A stretch of DNA of 63,694 bases, counting the filler, from Choristocarpus tenellus KU-1152 (lineage: Eukaryota; Protista; Phaeophyceae): assembly GCA_964200185.2 (NCBI GenBank). It is 13 parts of 13 records of this genome, joined end to end, with 100 filler letters (N's around TTAATTAATTAA, not from the genome) between each part and the next. Parts side by side here need not be neighbours in the genome. Positions count along the whole stretch, not along the records: positions 9,686 to 15,304 come from CAXNAD020010228.1; positions 15,405 to 18,657 come from CAXNAD020021246.1; positions 18,758 to 22,367 come from CAXNAD020018970.1; positions 22,468 to 27,048 come from CAXNAD020013920.1; 9 more parts are not named here. One strand, given 5' to 3'. Shown here piece by piece: positions 12,140-24,032 of this stretch. The notes beneath the pieces are model-generated. The model had not been told where the DNA came from, ran no database searches, and saw nothing but the letters and a program-made list of their open reading frames with translations. The position numbers and the translations under genes are program-made. The first letter of the stretch is position 1. Each line of letters starts with the position of its first letter.

Positions 12140-13260
12140 CTGTCACACAAGGGCTATCCTCTCAGCCAGTTACCCACCATGTAGCATAAATGGCAGGGCT
12201 GACCAGTGACAAGTAGAGCCTACCTCAGGAAGGTGTCATTATTGGTCAATACACAAAACATCAATGCACTCAGGGTACACATGTAACTAGGAGACTCACA
12301 CAGGACAATGCTGCATATAAAAGCTGCCCTCCTGCAATTGTGAAAAGATCACAACAAACTCTAGACAACACCACCTGTTACCCATTCTTTAACAGGGTAA
12401 AGGGAGCACTGTCTGCCAGCATTTACACATCACAAAATGATATTAACGACTGACTACAATCTCTTGCCATGTCACACTTACACAATGTACACATACACAT
12501 ACTCACTGCAGAGAATCCACGTGCCCCAAACGCATATGCAGTTCGTAGTGGTAGCAACATCGTCCTCTCAGTCACATATTGCCAAGTGCTGGGCAAACTA
12601 AAGCATTGCTGCAATTTGCCTTGCCCCAGCAGATTTTTCCTTTTAGTCAACCATGCCCCTGCACCGGCCAGAGAGGATCTCCCGCTCTAACACTGGGCAT
12701 TGATAGAAGCAGGTTGTCTAGGTATCATACACACATGACACATCACATATGAGAATAGATACAGACCTGTGGCCACAAGGAGGGCGACAAGACACTAGTA
12801 CCAGAATGTGTATCCATCCCCCATCTTGGGCTCATCCTCTTACCTTGGGAGCTAGCTACTTATGTTAAACAAAATATCAAACTCTATCTCTTGCAAATTC
12901 GAAAAGCGTGGTCACTGTTGGGACATTCTCCCAGTAGCATTAATCCCGCTTGACAATGGGATCCTGAGAACCATGATGGTCTACAATAGCACAAGCAGAG
13001 AAAGGGATGATCCAAAGGTTGAATTAGTGTACTCAACTCAAATTTCCTGCACCTCCATAAACAACCTCCATATCACGAGCATCTCGTGGATACTGAACAT
13101 GTCAGCTCAAGACAGTCCTTGCTGTTGTCAAGGCATCCATCCCCTTCCCTAACCCTAACTCTTTCACAAACACACAAACATACATGCATACACACAATTC
13201 TCTTTACCCTAACCCTTCAAAAATAAAAAATTACTAAAAAAAAACTATTCTGTAGCTTAC

Positions 13261-13621
13261 GCAGGGTGCGGGTGTTGCCCGGGCCCTGGACCCATGCCAG
13301 AATTTGGCCCTCCATCCTGTCCTGGCCCTGGTCCATGCCCAAGCATTCCTCGTGACACCCCTTGTTGAAGAGGTGCACTAATCCCGCGTAGTTGAGGCTG
13401 CCCAGAGCTATGCCCTGATGCCCTAGAGTGTTGCCCTGGATGACCTACATGGGCTGTGTGAGACACCATGGGCATACCCGGTTGCACTCCTCCCCCTCCC
13501 CCTGCAACACCATTTCCTCCTTGTTGCCCCATCTGATGCCTATGCTGGGACATGTGTGTAGCAATGTGTGGTGACTCCATGTGCTGGCGTTGGTGATGCG
13601 AGGGAACCCTTTGTTGGTGAC
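13261..13621 (-). CDS. Exon of a G/Q/H/P-rich low-complexity protein
   Basis: Acceptor ttctcaaAG|, phase 1; GHQQRVPSHHQRQHMES...GPGPGQHPHP; donor GC|GTAAGC (or stop TAA at 13257-13259). In phase with exon 15218-15304. Confidence 0.7.
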
Positions 13622-15217
13622 CTTTGAGAACATGTGTAACGGTGAGGAAGGAAACAGGGGAGGAAGTTAAGACTATGTGTATATACACAACGCATGACCG
13701 GGGATAAAGGCGCTGGCCATCTTACTTGGTGGCAGGAGCAACTAGAGAGTAGGGCTACCTAGCTACAATAGAACACTACGGACCAGTGACGGAAAATGAA
13801 TTGTATCAAACTTACAATTGAACCCTAACCCCGCAGCTTCATATTAGACACATGACAATGCCAAATGGGATAGTCGCCATGGAGAGTTTTTGAGAGCAAA
13901 ATGTTGAATGCTGGTCAATCTCTAGGGCAGACACCATTTCAGACCCTTGTCTGACAAAGAGGCGAACATAAGGGATTAACAAGAACTAAGTCCCTTGATT
14001 GCAAATGCTTGTGCTAATGTATCTACTGTGTTATCAAATGACACCTGATAATAGCCAACCTTCTAAGTAGTTGACATGTTCAAAAACTCTTGACATACTT
14101 TTGAACTTTGGTATCACTCAGGATGATCCTTGACCCAAACTCAATTACAGCAAAGAACCTCAGGCATGTCTGATTAGGCAACCTTTGATCCATTCAAACC
14201 AAAACGCCCTCCATTGTCTTCACTCCTATTCTGAGGCATTTTTTCAAGGCAAACCAATACTTGTATGTCAAATATGTACCTATTGTTACATCTAAAATAC
14301 AACACCAAAATACGATTTTAGGTTGTGACAGTGCTTAGGTTTGATAATTTCATTTCAAAAAAGGCTAAAACATGAATGTATGTATAAAAGTTAGTTTGTT
14401 AACTTACACAATATCAGTGTCAAAATGATACCAACATTGGATGTCAAACTCGAAAAAGTCACTTCAGAAAATGATGCAACAAGATAGCTTCCCTCTAACT
14501 AGCATTTGCCAATTCTATCTCCAAAGTACAAATCAACCTCTACCTCAGGATAATGTGGGTTCTACTCAGTGACCAGAGCCGACCCTTGTCAATCGCAGAT
14601 AATGATCCCATACTGCTTGCCCACCCAAAGAAAGGTCACAGCAACAAAGCTAAAAAATTGAAATTTGATGTTGTGTATGCAAACAAGTGCCCCTGACAAT
14701 GACGTTATTGAGTGAAGTATGATGCAATGTGATGCTATCATAAATGATCACATAAAAACAGATGATGAGTTATTAAACATTGAAATAACCTTCAAATTCC
14801 TCTTGCATATTCTTGATATCACTATTGTCAAGGTTTGATTTGTCTTGAATGATCACACACAGATAACCAATACATATTTGTGGGACTTACTTACACTAAT
14901 TCTAGAAGAAAAAAAAAATGTTAGCTTTCTTGGTTAAACCAGAAGGCAGTAATATGAGAGGTAACAAACGAAACATGATTACCCAATCATACTTTTAAAA
15001 CCCTCCTCCCACTAAAAAAAAAGTACAATTGCAGTGAAAATTTCCTTATTGGGGTTGAAACAGTGTAATGTAGAAAACGCAACAGCAACTAAAAACCCTA
15101 ACCCTAATAAAATGATCACTTGTTCTAAGAAAACAAAATCCTGCATCCTACATACAAAAACACACCCAAATTCATTGTGATCTCAACAACAGAGCCCTTC
15201 CACTCAACAGCACTTAC

Positions 15218-15304
15218 CATCATGTACACCTGGATGCTGTCCGTGACCCACCCCACCGCCCACCCCCACCCCAGTGTTGCCTGTACCTCCGCCTCCACCT
15301 CCTC
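15218..15304 (-). CDS. Upstream exon (truncated by contig end) of the same low-complexity protein
   Basis: GGGGGTGNTGVGVGGGVGHGQHPGVHD-G|GTAAGT; phase-1 donor matches the acceptor at 13621. Confidence 0.65.
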
Positions 15305-15404
15305 NNNNNNNNNNNNNNNNNNNNNNNNNNNNNNNNNNNNNNNNNNNNTTAATTAATTAANNNNNNNNNNNNNNNNNNNNNNNNNNNNNNNNNNNNNNNN
15401 NNNN

Positions 15405-15435
15405 CACCCCCCCCCCCCCACAGATACTTTGACCC
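15405..15435. mobile_element. Right end of MITE family B at contig start
   Basis: C-tract + CAGATACTTTGACCC. Confidence 0.75.
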
Positions 15436-15787
15436 TATGCGTAGTAGTTATTCTGTCAGAGATGCTCCTTTGCAGCAGCAATTTGTCCCTTTGCCTCTGC
15501 CTTGAGTTACCTGGTTTTATTTTGGTTCCACTTCCACTAGGCACAAGACACAGAAGAGGGTAGCACACACTCATGATGTTTCCAGGCGGGCTTGATCTTG
15601 ATAGTAGTATTCGTGTTCGAGGTACGGCTGAATGTTTGTGAGGGCAGTTACCATTGTCCTCCCTCCCTCCTCAGTGAATTGAAAATATATACCGGCTCTG
15701 ATTGATCCAATAACATTGGCCTTCCCCTTCCCCTTCCCCTCCCCTCCCCTCCCCTGCCCTAAATCTTCACGATCCATGCCCCTGCAG

Positions 15788-16126
15788 CTGATAGTTACTT
15801 CTTGTGCGGATGGAGCCATTCGAGTGTGGGATGCACGGACTGGGGTATGTCAGCACACCCTCACAGGACATACGGATATGGTCCACGATTTTGACTTGGT
15901 GGATATGCGATTCTCTCCGGGTGTTGAAGGACTATCAGTGGATGGTGTTAGTAGTGTGGGCGCAGGCGGAGGGAGTGCAGGCAGTTTGCCCGTGGAGCTG
16001 GTCACTTCCTCTGATGATTGCACAGCCAAGGTTTTCCGCTTGGATTTGGGAACAGTTGGGTCAGCCATGCACACGGGGTTGCTGGGGAGGGCATACGTTG
16101 CAGGGCAACAGTCGAGGCAGTTGTAG
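15788..16126 (+). CDS. AAMP: Terminal exon of a WD40 protein, AAMP/SQT1-like
   Basis: Pyrimidine-rich acceptor ccctgcAG|; LIVTSCADGAIRVWDARTGVCQHTLTGHTDMVHDF...LVTSSDDCTAKVFRL matches the recalled AAMP/Sqt1 C-terminal WD repeats (DG.VRLWDARTG...GH...I.DF...vvT.S.D..AKVF); stop at 16126. Confidence 0.75.
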   Translation: MIVTSCADGAIRVWDARTGVCQHTLTGHTDMVHDFDLVDMRFSPGVEGLSVDGVSSVGAGGGSAGSLPVELVTSSDDCTAKVFRLDLGTVGSAMHTGLLGRAYVAGQQSRQL

Positions 16127-16626
16127 TTTTGTTGGGGGGAAGGGGAGGGGTCAGTGCATGCTCAGATAGGGATGGAGTGGATGGATGTGCAAAGGTCTTC
16201 AGGTTGGGTCACTCTTTTAGTATATAACTTAACAGGGAGTTTCCAGTTTTGTTGGCTTTGAAGCGTGTTGATTGCTTGGTATGGTGGGCTTGTGTGCACT
16301 GCCTTGTGATGGCACCTTCATTAGAGGCATGAAAGGTATTTTTGCTGTTGCATGGATGCCTTGTTTGCATTGTTAGGAAGTTTGGTGATGCACATTCTCT
16401 CCGATGGAGTCCCGCCTCCATGACTCGCTTGCTGTGGTTGGTTGTTGTTTGGAGGCTCATGTGTGCATGCAGTTCATGTCATCGGGACATGCCAGTGCTA
16501 TAGCCGGACGTATACTTGCAGTCCTTAAGCAGACCGCAGTCTGCCTTTATTTGGAGTGGGTTAGGCCACAAGGCATTCGTGCATGACAACAAGGCACGGG
16601 TGCTTTGTCTATTGAACTCCTCCTCC

Positions 16627-16902
16627 GAGTCAAAGCAAGCGATAGGTACTCAGAGTTGCATTTTAAGGATGTCGGCAAATGTCCAAAATTCGGCTCTTTT
16701 TTTTTTTAACGAAATTGTGTACAATATTTTTCCAAATTATGTCAAAATCTTTCAAACGATAGACAAATAAACCCTCCCAAGTCAAACTTGTCACTTCATC
16801 CATATAGATACATGAGTGTTTGTTTTTACTTACAGAAGACTTAAAAACTGGTTCAAAATGCAAAACAGTCAAAGTCTGGGTTCCTCACGTTTACTTTGGC
16901 TC
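16627..16902. mobile_element. MITE family D
   Basis: TIR GAGTCAAAGcAAgCGAtAGGTACtCAG ... CTGGGTtCCTCaCGTTTACTTTGGCTC. Confidence 0.75.
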
Positions 16903-17879
16903 ATCTTATTTGAAATTTCCATTGCCTAGTGTTGGCATGGTGACCAGATGCTATGCATTGGCATGCAAGTGATGCCGCCACACATTACTACTTTGTTTTG
17001 TTTTTATTTTATTTTTTCTGTTTCCTGTTGTTCTCACACCACTTTCAAATTGATGATATTTTTTCTTGAGCAAAGACATTGTGGTCTGTCTTTAGATGGA
17101 TGGACTAATTTATTCATGGCATCAAAAATCCCTGACTCCCAGCATTATATAACCACGCAACTGGTGGAGACGGAGGTACGTCATGGAGTAATTTACTACC
17201 TGTGTATTACGCACTTGGAGCCGAAACCTTCCACTTAATGCTGGACAGACCAAAAAAATCAACCAGTTTACTTCTCGCAGATAATGATGTTATGCCATGG
17301 ATTGGGTCTATATTGCTGCAAACTAGACTCCTTTCTCAAGCTTGGGTTATTAGGGAAGGGACTTGGACAAGCTTGACCTTTAAGTAGGGAGGCTGCACTG
17401 CTGCAACCATATATATTTATTGAATGTAGTATCAATGACAGAATAGTGTGACCCTCCCACGGATTCCAACTCTCTCTCCTCCTGCAAAGTAATAGGTTGG
17501 TGAGGAGGCTAAGGAAAGAAGAGGGAAAGCTCTCTCAGCAGATACTACCATAGTGCCCCAGAAGACCCTTTGGGAAAGAGAACACTTCTAAGAGTCAACA
17601 GTGAAAGGGGTGGGCCTGTGTAAGCTCGTTGGCGCTATGCTGGGGGACAGAAAGAGCAGTAGTTTTGCCTTCAGTAACCCCCTCTACAATAATTATCTAT
17701 CCGAAAATATTGCTCAAGAGTCCATTACCTTTGCCTCTGGTGCATCCCCCCAGAGAAGTAAGCTAGACCCCTCCCCTCGCCCTTCTACCACCATTTGACC
17801 CAGACCAATAAGAACTGTACTACAATGGTTTAAGTAAAAACTCAAAAATTGATGTTGCCGAACAAGAAACGTCACTCTA

Positions 17880-18540
17880 AGGTCAATATAGTTGGACGCA
17901 TTTTCATCCATAGTCAAACAGGCCAAAGCTAATTCCTCACTCGCTTCAAGAAACCTGTGGCTTTACTGTGAGGTGGTGCTGTTGTGCAGGGTAAACAGTA
18001 GACACAAGTTCAAGATGTTCAAAACCAATATACACAAAATGTGTGTCTCCTTAATGGAGGACCAATTTCTCCTTTTCAATCTCCCCACAATATCACAATA
18101 CAATACAGTAGCTGAAATTCCGTTTTGATTGGATTTTGCTCTCCAGATAGTGTATGCCAACAAGGACAACTGCATCCCCTCAATGAACCTCAAAGATAAC
18201 CCCAACAACGAACAACCAGACTTCAATAATTTCACGAATGGACAGAGTAGTAGTCTTCATCAATACTTTGGATAGTAGGTTATGAATTATTCAAAGGTGC
18301 ATAGGACACTCTTCTGCCATGTCAATGCATTACAACATACACCAGATGAGTCAAATCAATCTCATACCAGAATTTGTGACACATGTGCAATGCCCTTGCC
18401 CTTGGAGTACACCAATATCCAAAATGTTCTACATCCCGTGAAGCCTCTTTAACCAAATGCAATGTGTGGTACAGTAGTGTTTGTTTCACTGCCACAAAGA
18501 ATAGGGTTCTAGAAGAGGATAAGCCAAGCCAGCAAAATGA
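17880..18540 (-). mobile_element. Possible decayed LINE reverse-transcriptase remnant
   Basis: Stop-riddled coding-like fragments with faint RT-like spacing; no intact motif. Confidence 0.25.
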
Positions 18541-18758
18541 TAGTGTGGCAGTCAGTCAATGCCATTAGCATCAGAGGGATTTGCATTGACCTCTTGATCA
18601 CAACAGGAGGAGGATTGACTGGAGGCAAGGGGCTTAACAGCAACAATAACAAACTGANNNNNNNNNNNNNNNNNNNNNNNNNNNNNNNNNNNNNNNNNNN
18701 NTTAATTAATTAANNNNNNNNNNNNNNNNNNNNNNNNNNNNNNNNNNNNNNNNNNNNC

Positions 18759-18830
18759 TTATCCCAGTCAATTTTGGGTCAAGCCCATCCTCAATGAAAA
18801 GCTCCATCCTCAATTTTTGAAATCTGCTGT
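18759..18830. repeat. Short dispersed repeat, near-identical to 51358-51429
   Basis: TTATCCCAGTCAATTTTGGGTCAAGCCCATCCTCAATGAAAAGCTCCATCCTCAATTTTTGAAATC..CTGTT occurs in both places. Confidence 0.9.
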
Positions 18831-18831
18831 T

Positions 18832-19067
18832 CACGAGAGGTGCCCAGATTTGGGGTCTTTTGCAATAATACAAGTCTGTTTTTTCCATCTTTTGGAATTC
18901 ATCTGTAAATACATGTTATTTCTCTACTGCGAGAAACTTTTTCTGACACAAAAAAAAATCCTTCTACGTAGTATACACAGTTAGTTGTACAAAAAAAGCC
19001 AAAATTTGTACGTATTTGCCAGCATCCTTAAAATGCAATCCTGGGTACCTCTCGTTTACTTCGACTC
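18832..19067. mobile_element. MITE family D with left TIR interrupted
   Basis: ACGAGAGGTgCCCAG ... CTGGGTACCTCTCGTTTACTTCGACTC. Confidence 0.75.
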
Positions 19068-20392
19068 AGTACATACAGTGCTTCGTGGTACAGTGCTCGG
19101 ATGAGAAGAAGAACAGGCCCCACACCACCAACTCTGTTCGATGAATTCAGCCAGGATCCACTATCAGGACAAATCAGCCAAGCTGATAATATAATGAACG
19201 CTACTGAGGGCACTCTCGATTTGTACCTGAGTGCATGGAGGTTTCTTTTGTTGCTGATTTATTCTCCGATTGGCTGCTTGTGACTGGACATGTCCCCTGA
19301 CTGATCAATTTTTGTTCAGAGTTACATACTAGATAATAATGCACATTTTCTTTTGAAAAGTTGATATTTTCCCATCTTGTGTACGTGGGATCACAAGTTT
19401 CTGACACCGCTCGGACTAAATGTTATTACTATTACTATTGCTACTGCTGTTGCTGTTACTATCATTACTATTAATACTACTATTGTTTTTATTTTCATTG
19501 CTATTTGACACGTTAGTACGAGGTGTCCCAAGCCCGTGGTTAATAGTTAGCCGGAAGAAGGCAGTTCACTCTGCTTAAGGGAAGAGACAAATACTGTGGA
19601 ATTAAAAAAATAAAGCTGTAAAAAATGGAAAGAAAAATGAGGGAACAAAGAGAGGAGAAAGAACCCTGTGTATCCATGAGGATAATGAAGAGAACCCAAG
19701 AGTGATGAACAAACATCTGCAAGACGTTGGTCGTTACCAAATAAATATGGACGAAGCAAAATCAACCCAAAAAGAGAAATACAATCGAGAAAAACAACAT
19801 TCAGCAGACATTATGCTCCCTTCTCTGCTCCTTTAGCATGACACACATTAGCTATCACCTCCTCCTTGGAATGTCGCTCTGCCACGAAGAAGCTTGTGGT
19901 GCTGCCAACCACACACCAATACCAGTTGTGTTGGTTGTTTGTAATCGTGGTCCATCTCTCAACCTTGGTCCCGAACTCCTCAAAGGTTGTCTCACAGATA
20001 CATCCTCTCGTTCGTTCTTCCCCTGTCCACCTTGCTCCCAGTTTCCATATAATAAGCTCCCCTAATATCATCACCATGAGAAGCCAGTTATTCCCCATGC
20101 GTGCAATTGGACACTGTGAATGAGTCTCCGTTTTTGTACAGTCGCTTGATACTCTCGTACTCATTCTTCGTAAGGGGTATCGTCGTCACAGTGGCGTATT
20201 ATTAGGGCAATGGGTGATTGGTGCATTCCCATTTGTGAAGTCCAATGCGATGATCAACTGTAGAAGGAAATGGTGGTGATGGGAGTAAAGTGCCACACAG
20301 TGGACCTGGCAGGTTATTCATGTTATACAACCATATAGCAGAACCTGAAGTACTTCAGCCTTGACCACCCTACAATAGTAATTGTATATGAT

Positions 20393-20430
20393 ACACTTCA
20401 CACTTCACACTTCACACTTCACACTACACA
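20393..20430. repeat. (CACACTT)n heptamer tandem repeat
   Basis: Four to five adjacent units. Confidence 0.85.
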
Positions 20431-20594
20431 CGGAGTAACTCTCTGTATGGGCGATAATACCTTCATATACAAAGCATATCCATTATTAATACTGCATTAT
20501 GTAAGCAATTTACTAGCTACAGAAGATAAGCTGATGAAGTCTGTATCTTGATCATTCATATCGATCCTCCCTCAATATAATGTTTTCCATCATA

Positions 20595-20852
20595 GAGTGA
20601 AAGTATCTTAGAGAATAAGAGTTTCGCCCTGTTTGTCCGTTTGGAGCTTGGCTTCCCACAGTTTTTAAAATGGCATTTACCTACTCAGAAGTGTTCAGGA
20701 GTAGGCAAAATGTATACGTTATGAAAAGGTGTGTCCGAACAAGGATATTGACACTTCTTAACAAACAAGATAGCCAAAATTACATCGAAATCGCAACATT
20801 GGATTTTGACCCCCAAATGGACGCGGCTCTACCCTCTAAGATACTTTGACTC
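20595..20852. mobile_element. MITE family A, full copy, TSD ATA
   Basis: TIRs as above; flanks ata|...|ata. Confidence 0.9.
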
Positions 20853-21336
20853 ATAAAGGCAATCCGGCCATCTCTCATTAAAAAAACCACAACCACAAAC
20901 ACACGTTGCACAACTTTCCTGTTCACTATACTATACCACACTGTACTGTTGAGTATCATGGCTGGTGTCTCGTTATGACATTAAATATCAAGAAAAAAGA
21001 AACAAACGAAAACACACTCCAGTGTAGTCTATGCATACCTACTTCCTCCATTCAATACCAGGTTGAATAGTTTGTGGATTATATTGGACTGTAAATGCCT
21101 AAAATAGTTCTACATTTTTATCATTTTTTGTGGGGATTATGGAACAAACCATTATGAGGTTACCCTTCACCCCCCCCCCCCCCCCCCCCCCCCCACCCCC
21201 CCCCCCCCCCGCCCCCCATACCCTCGCCGCCGCGCGCGGGNNNNNNNNNNGGGGGCGGGAGTTCGGCCGGGTTCTCCTCCGATCTGGGATTTAGAAAAAA
21301 ACCATTATGGGGTTCCCCCTCCCCCCCCCCCCCCCC

Positions 21337-21616
21337 CCCCCACCCTCTTCATTTCCTGGGTTGGGGTTTTGGGCCCAGCCTGTGGTGGCGAGGATGGGGA
21401 AGTGATGTACGCTGAAGGCATGAGCAATGACTCAGGATCTGGAATTGTAGCACAGGAAGATATAAAGCAAGAAGAGCGGCATTGAGGATGGCCTCTCCTG
21501 GTGTGCCTCATCTCATTAAGAAATCCGCAACATTGCTCAGGCCTTCAGTGTACATCACTTCCCCATCCCCAGCATCACAGGCTGGGCCAAAAAACAGGAA
21601 ATGAAGAGGTCGGGGG
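21337..21616. repeat. Long inverted repeat (arms about 21337-21429 and 21531-21616, ~100-nt loop)
   Basis: GGATGGGGAAGTGATGTACgCTGAAGGCaTGAGCAATG pairs with CATTGCTCAgGCCTTCAGtGTACATCACTTCCCCATCC; pairing continues to CCTCTTCATTTCCTG / CAGGAAATGAAGAGG. Confidence 0.9.
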
Positions 21617-22133
21617 AAGGGAAAGGGGAGGGCTAAGGAGACGAATCCTCCAGCTGCTACTTCCTGGATGGCATCACCTACCAAGGGTGCCCAGACTGAG
21701 GTCCCAGCAGCTCAAACTGAGGTGAAGGCATTCGTGCATCGGGCACATTATCCTTTGAGGATCCACTCACTTGAGCATTGACAGAAGCAGTGTTCCTTGG
21801 TAGGATAATGTTGCTCAGGCTTCATTTGTCGAATATGAGTCGCCCCCTCTTCAAGATGGATAGGGTGAACAAGGCACGGTGGTGTCCCTGGAGACCTCAT
21901 GCTTCTTAGGGGACGATGCCACATGTCCCAACGAATATCGATCTCCTTTGTAGAACTGTGAATGACCTTGTCCGAAGCCAGGATGAGGGTGGTAAGGAGG
22001 GTCAGTATTGAGAAGCTTGACGCATGTAAGGCTCGTCACCGAAAGAAAGCTAGTAGTTGAATTACATGGTAAAACATACACTGAATTATTTATTGTCCGC
22101 AGGGTATTGTCCACTTGGTCTCCAATATAACTA

Positions 22134-22367
22134 TATTATTATTATTATGCCCTCTGACATTTTGCAGATGTGTCAGGGGGGAAACAAATGAGAACTATAC
22201 ATATGTCGTTATTAGCCCTAAAGAAATAAAATATCCCAAACGTAAGAACACTATAAAACATTGCAAGTGTGGAAACCATTCATTTATCAGTTACTTCACC
22301 AATACAAAATATTGTACTACTGTCGTCCTTTACTTCCCATCTACCTACTCCTGTGCCCCGGGGGGGG
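22134..22367 (-). mobile_element. 3' UTR and tail of RLE-type LINE (family C). Further copies at 31665-31878, 32025-32090, 32612-32720, 47392-47720 (minus) and 27240-27270 (plus)
   Basis: TATTATTATTATTATGCCCTCTGACATTTTGCAGATGTGTCAGGGG is the reverse complement of the 3' terminus seen at 9060-9102. Confidence 0.8.
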
Positions 22368-24032
22368 NNNNNNNNNNNNNNNNNNNNNNNNNNNNNNNNN
22401 NNNNNNNNNNNTTAATTAATTAANNNNNNNNNNNNNNNNNNNNNNNNNNNNNNNNNNNNNNNNNNNNCTATTTTCCAGAGCAGACTCTCACCCACCCCCA
22501 CCCCCTCAAGGTGGTATTGATTGTCCAAATCCTCCACCTATATACGAACCTGAAAAAACCTCTCACCCCACTCCTGCAACAATTATTCTGTTCGTAAAAT
22601 AAACTAGGAACAGTTATTCTTAGAGCCAAGCGAAACGCATGAACTCCATTAATTCTTACATTGGATTCTACTTCTACACCAAACCAAAATAAAAAAGCTG
22701 GGCATAGAAGGCAGTTTCTCTGCACTCTGCACGGGCAAGGAGTACTGAAAAATGCAACTACAAAACAAAGGTTCTGCTCTGCTTTCCGGCACCAGCACCT
22801 TCAAAGAACCAAAAAGTTAATACACTGTGTTCAGAGCAAGTGCAACTGTATGTCCATTATTTCTGCACTGAGGGCAGGGGCATCGAAGGCATTGTTTTTT
22901 ATTTTTATTTTCTTCCCTTTCCAATAACTCATACAATAATCCCCACACGTAGATCAAATCCCTATTACAAGGATACAAAAAAATCTACCTTCAATCTCTT
23001 GCAATAGAAAAAATGCAGTGTGCTGTGCACATGTTAGCTTTCCAAGGCATACACCAATCTGTCTCAAGCCCCTTCCCTTCATCACCCACACTCCCTTTCT
23101 CACTGCCTCAAAACACAATTAAAGTAGCACATCTTGTTTGAATCCCTCGCAACAACGATTGAACTACCCTCAACATGCTATTGACCAACAAAGTCAGACT
23201 CACCTCATAAACATAATTTCCTTCCACAACCCCCCAACCCTGCCTATAGACGCCTCCCAGAGACATCATGTTGTACTGACGTGCTGCCGTCCTCAGCTCT
23301 CGCTGGCACGGGTCTTACACTGCATTGTACCTCATGTGTCACAAACCATAGGCAAATCCCACACTAAAAGAGTGCTTGCTTGCCTGAAGAAGGGACGGTA
23401 GCAACACCTACTGGTGTGAAAAAAAATCAGGGAAACTAACTACCCACCCTCTCTGCAACCCCATGCATCTCCCCTGTCCTGTACGGGATGTCACTCACTG
23501 TACCCAACGAGTCTCTTTTACTCCTCTCAAACCTCATCTACAAATCCACATTTCCACCTTACAGCTGGATCTCCCTTGAGCTTGGAAGGGCAGCGAAACC
23601 ACTCTGGGAAGACCATGGGCCGTCATACAGGAAAAGGGAGTGGAGGGTATTCCCGACAGGTAAGAACCCAGCACCATTGGCAAAATATACGTACCCACAT
23701 AATACCCCCAAACAACACAGGACAACACACGTATCCTGTTGAGAGTTCCTATCCATATTCTCTTTAGCACACCTTCCCTTACCTCCCTCCCCCCATCCAA
23801 TCTCCTGCCTTACGTCCCATTGCTCACCAGCAAAATTAACCCTCGGTCCCTCCAGCTAAATGTACCATGCTGGCTCCAAAGCAAAGTTGGAAAACTGCTT
23901 CGTCCTCCTTTATCTTCTCTCCACTCTTTTTAGGCCCTCGTTTCATCGTTTCTCAGCGCCCACACCCTAACCTTCCCAATCCTCTCGGTCTACCAGCTAC
24001 ACCCGAAGGGAATCTCCCTTCAGATATATTCA

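Noticed and set aside
13147-15106. CCCTAACCCTAA as telomere
   Set aside because: Only isolated one- or two-unit interstitial copies.
20190-20258. Copine-like LIIALDFT exon on the minus strand
   Set aside because: There is a good acceptor (ccttctacAG), but that frame stops after 23 codons. The alternative frame (DHRIGLHKWECTNHPLP*) is an equally plausible terminal exon, so no product can be assigned.
21168-21260. Poly-C/poly-G block as a regulatory G-quadruplex
   Set aside because: It flanks a 10-N scaffold gap and looks like low-quality read ends.
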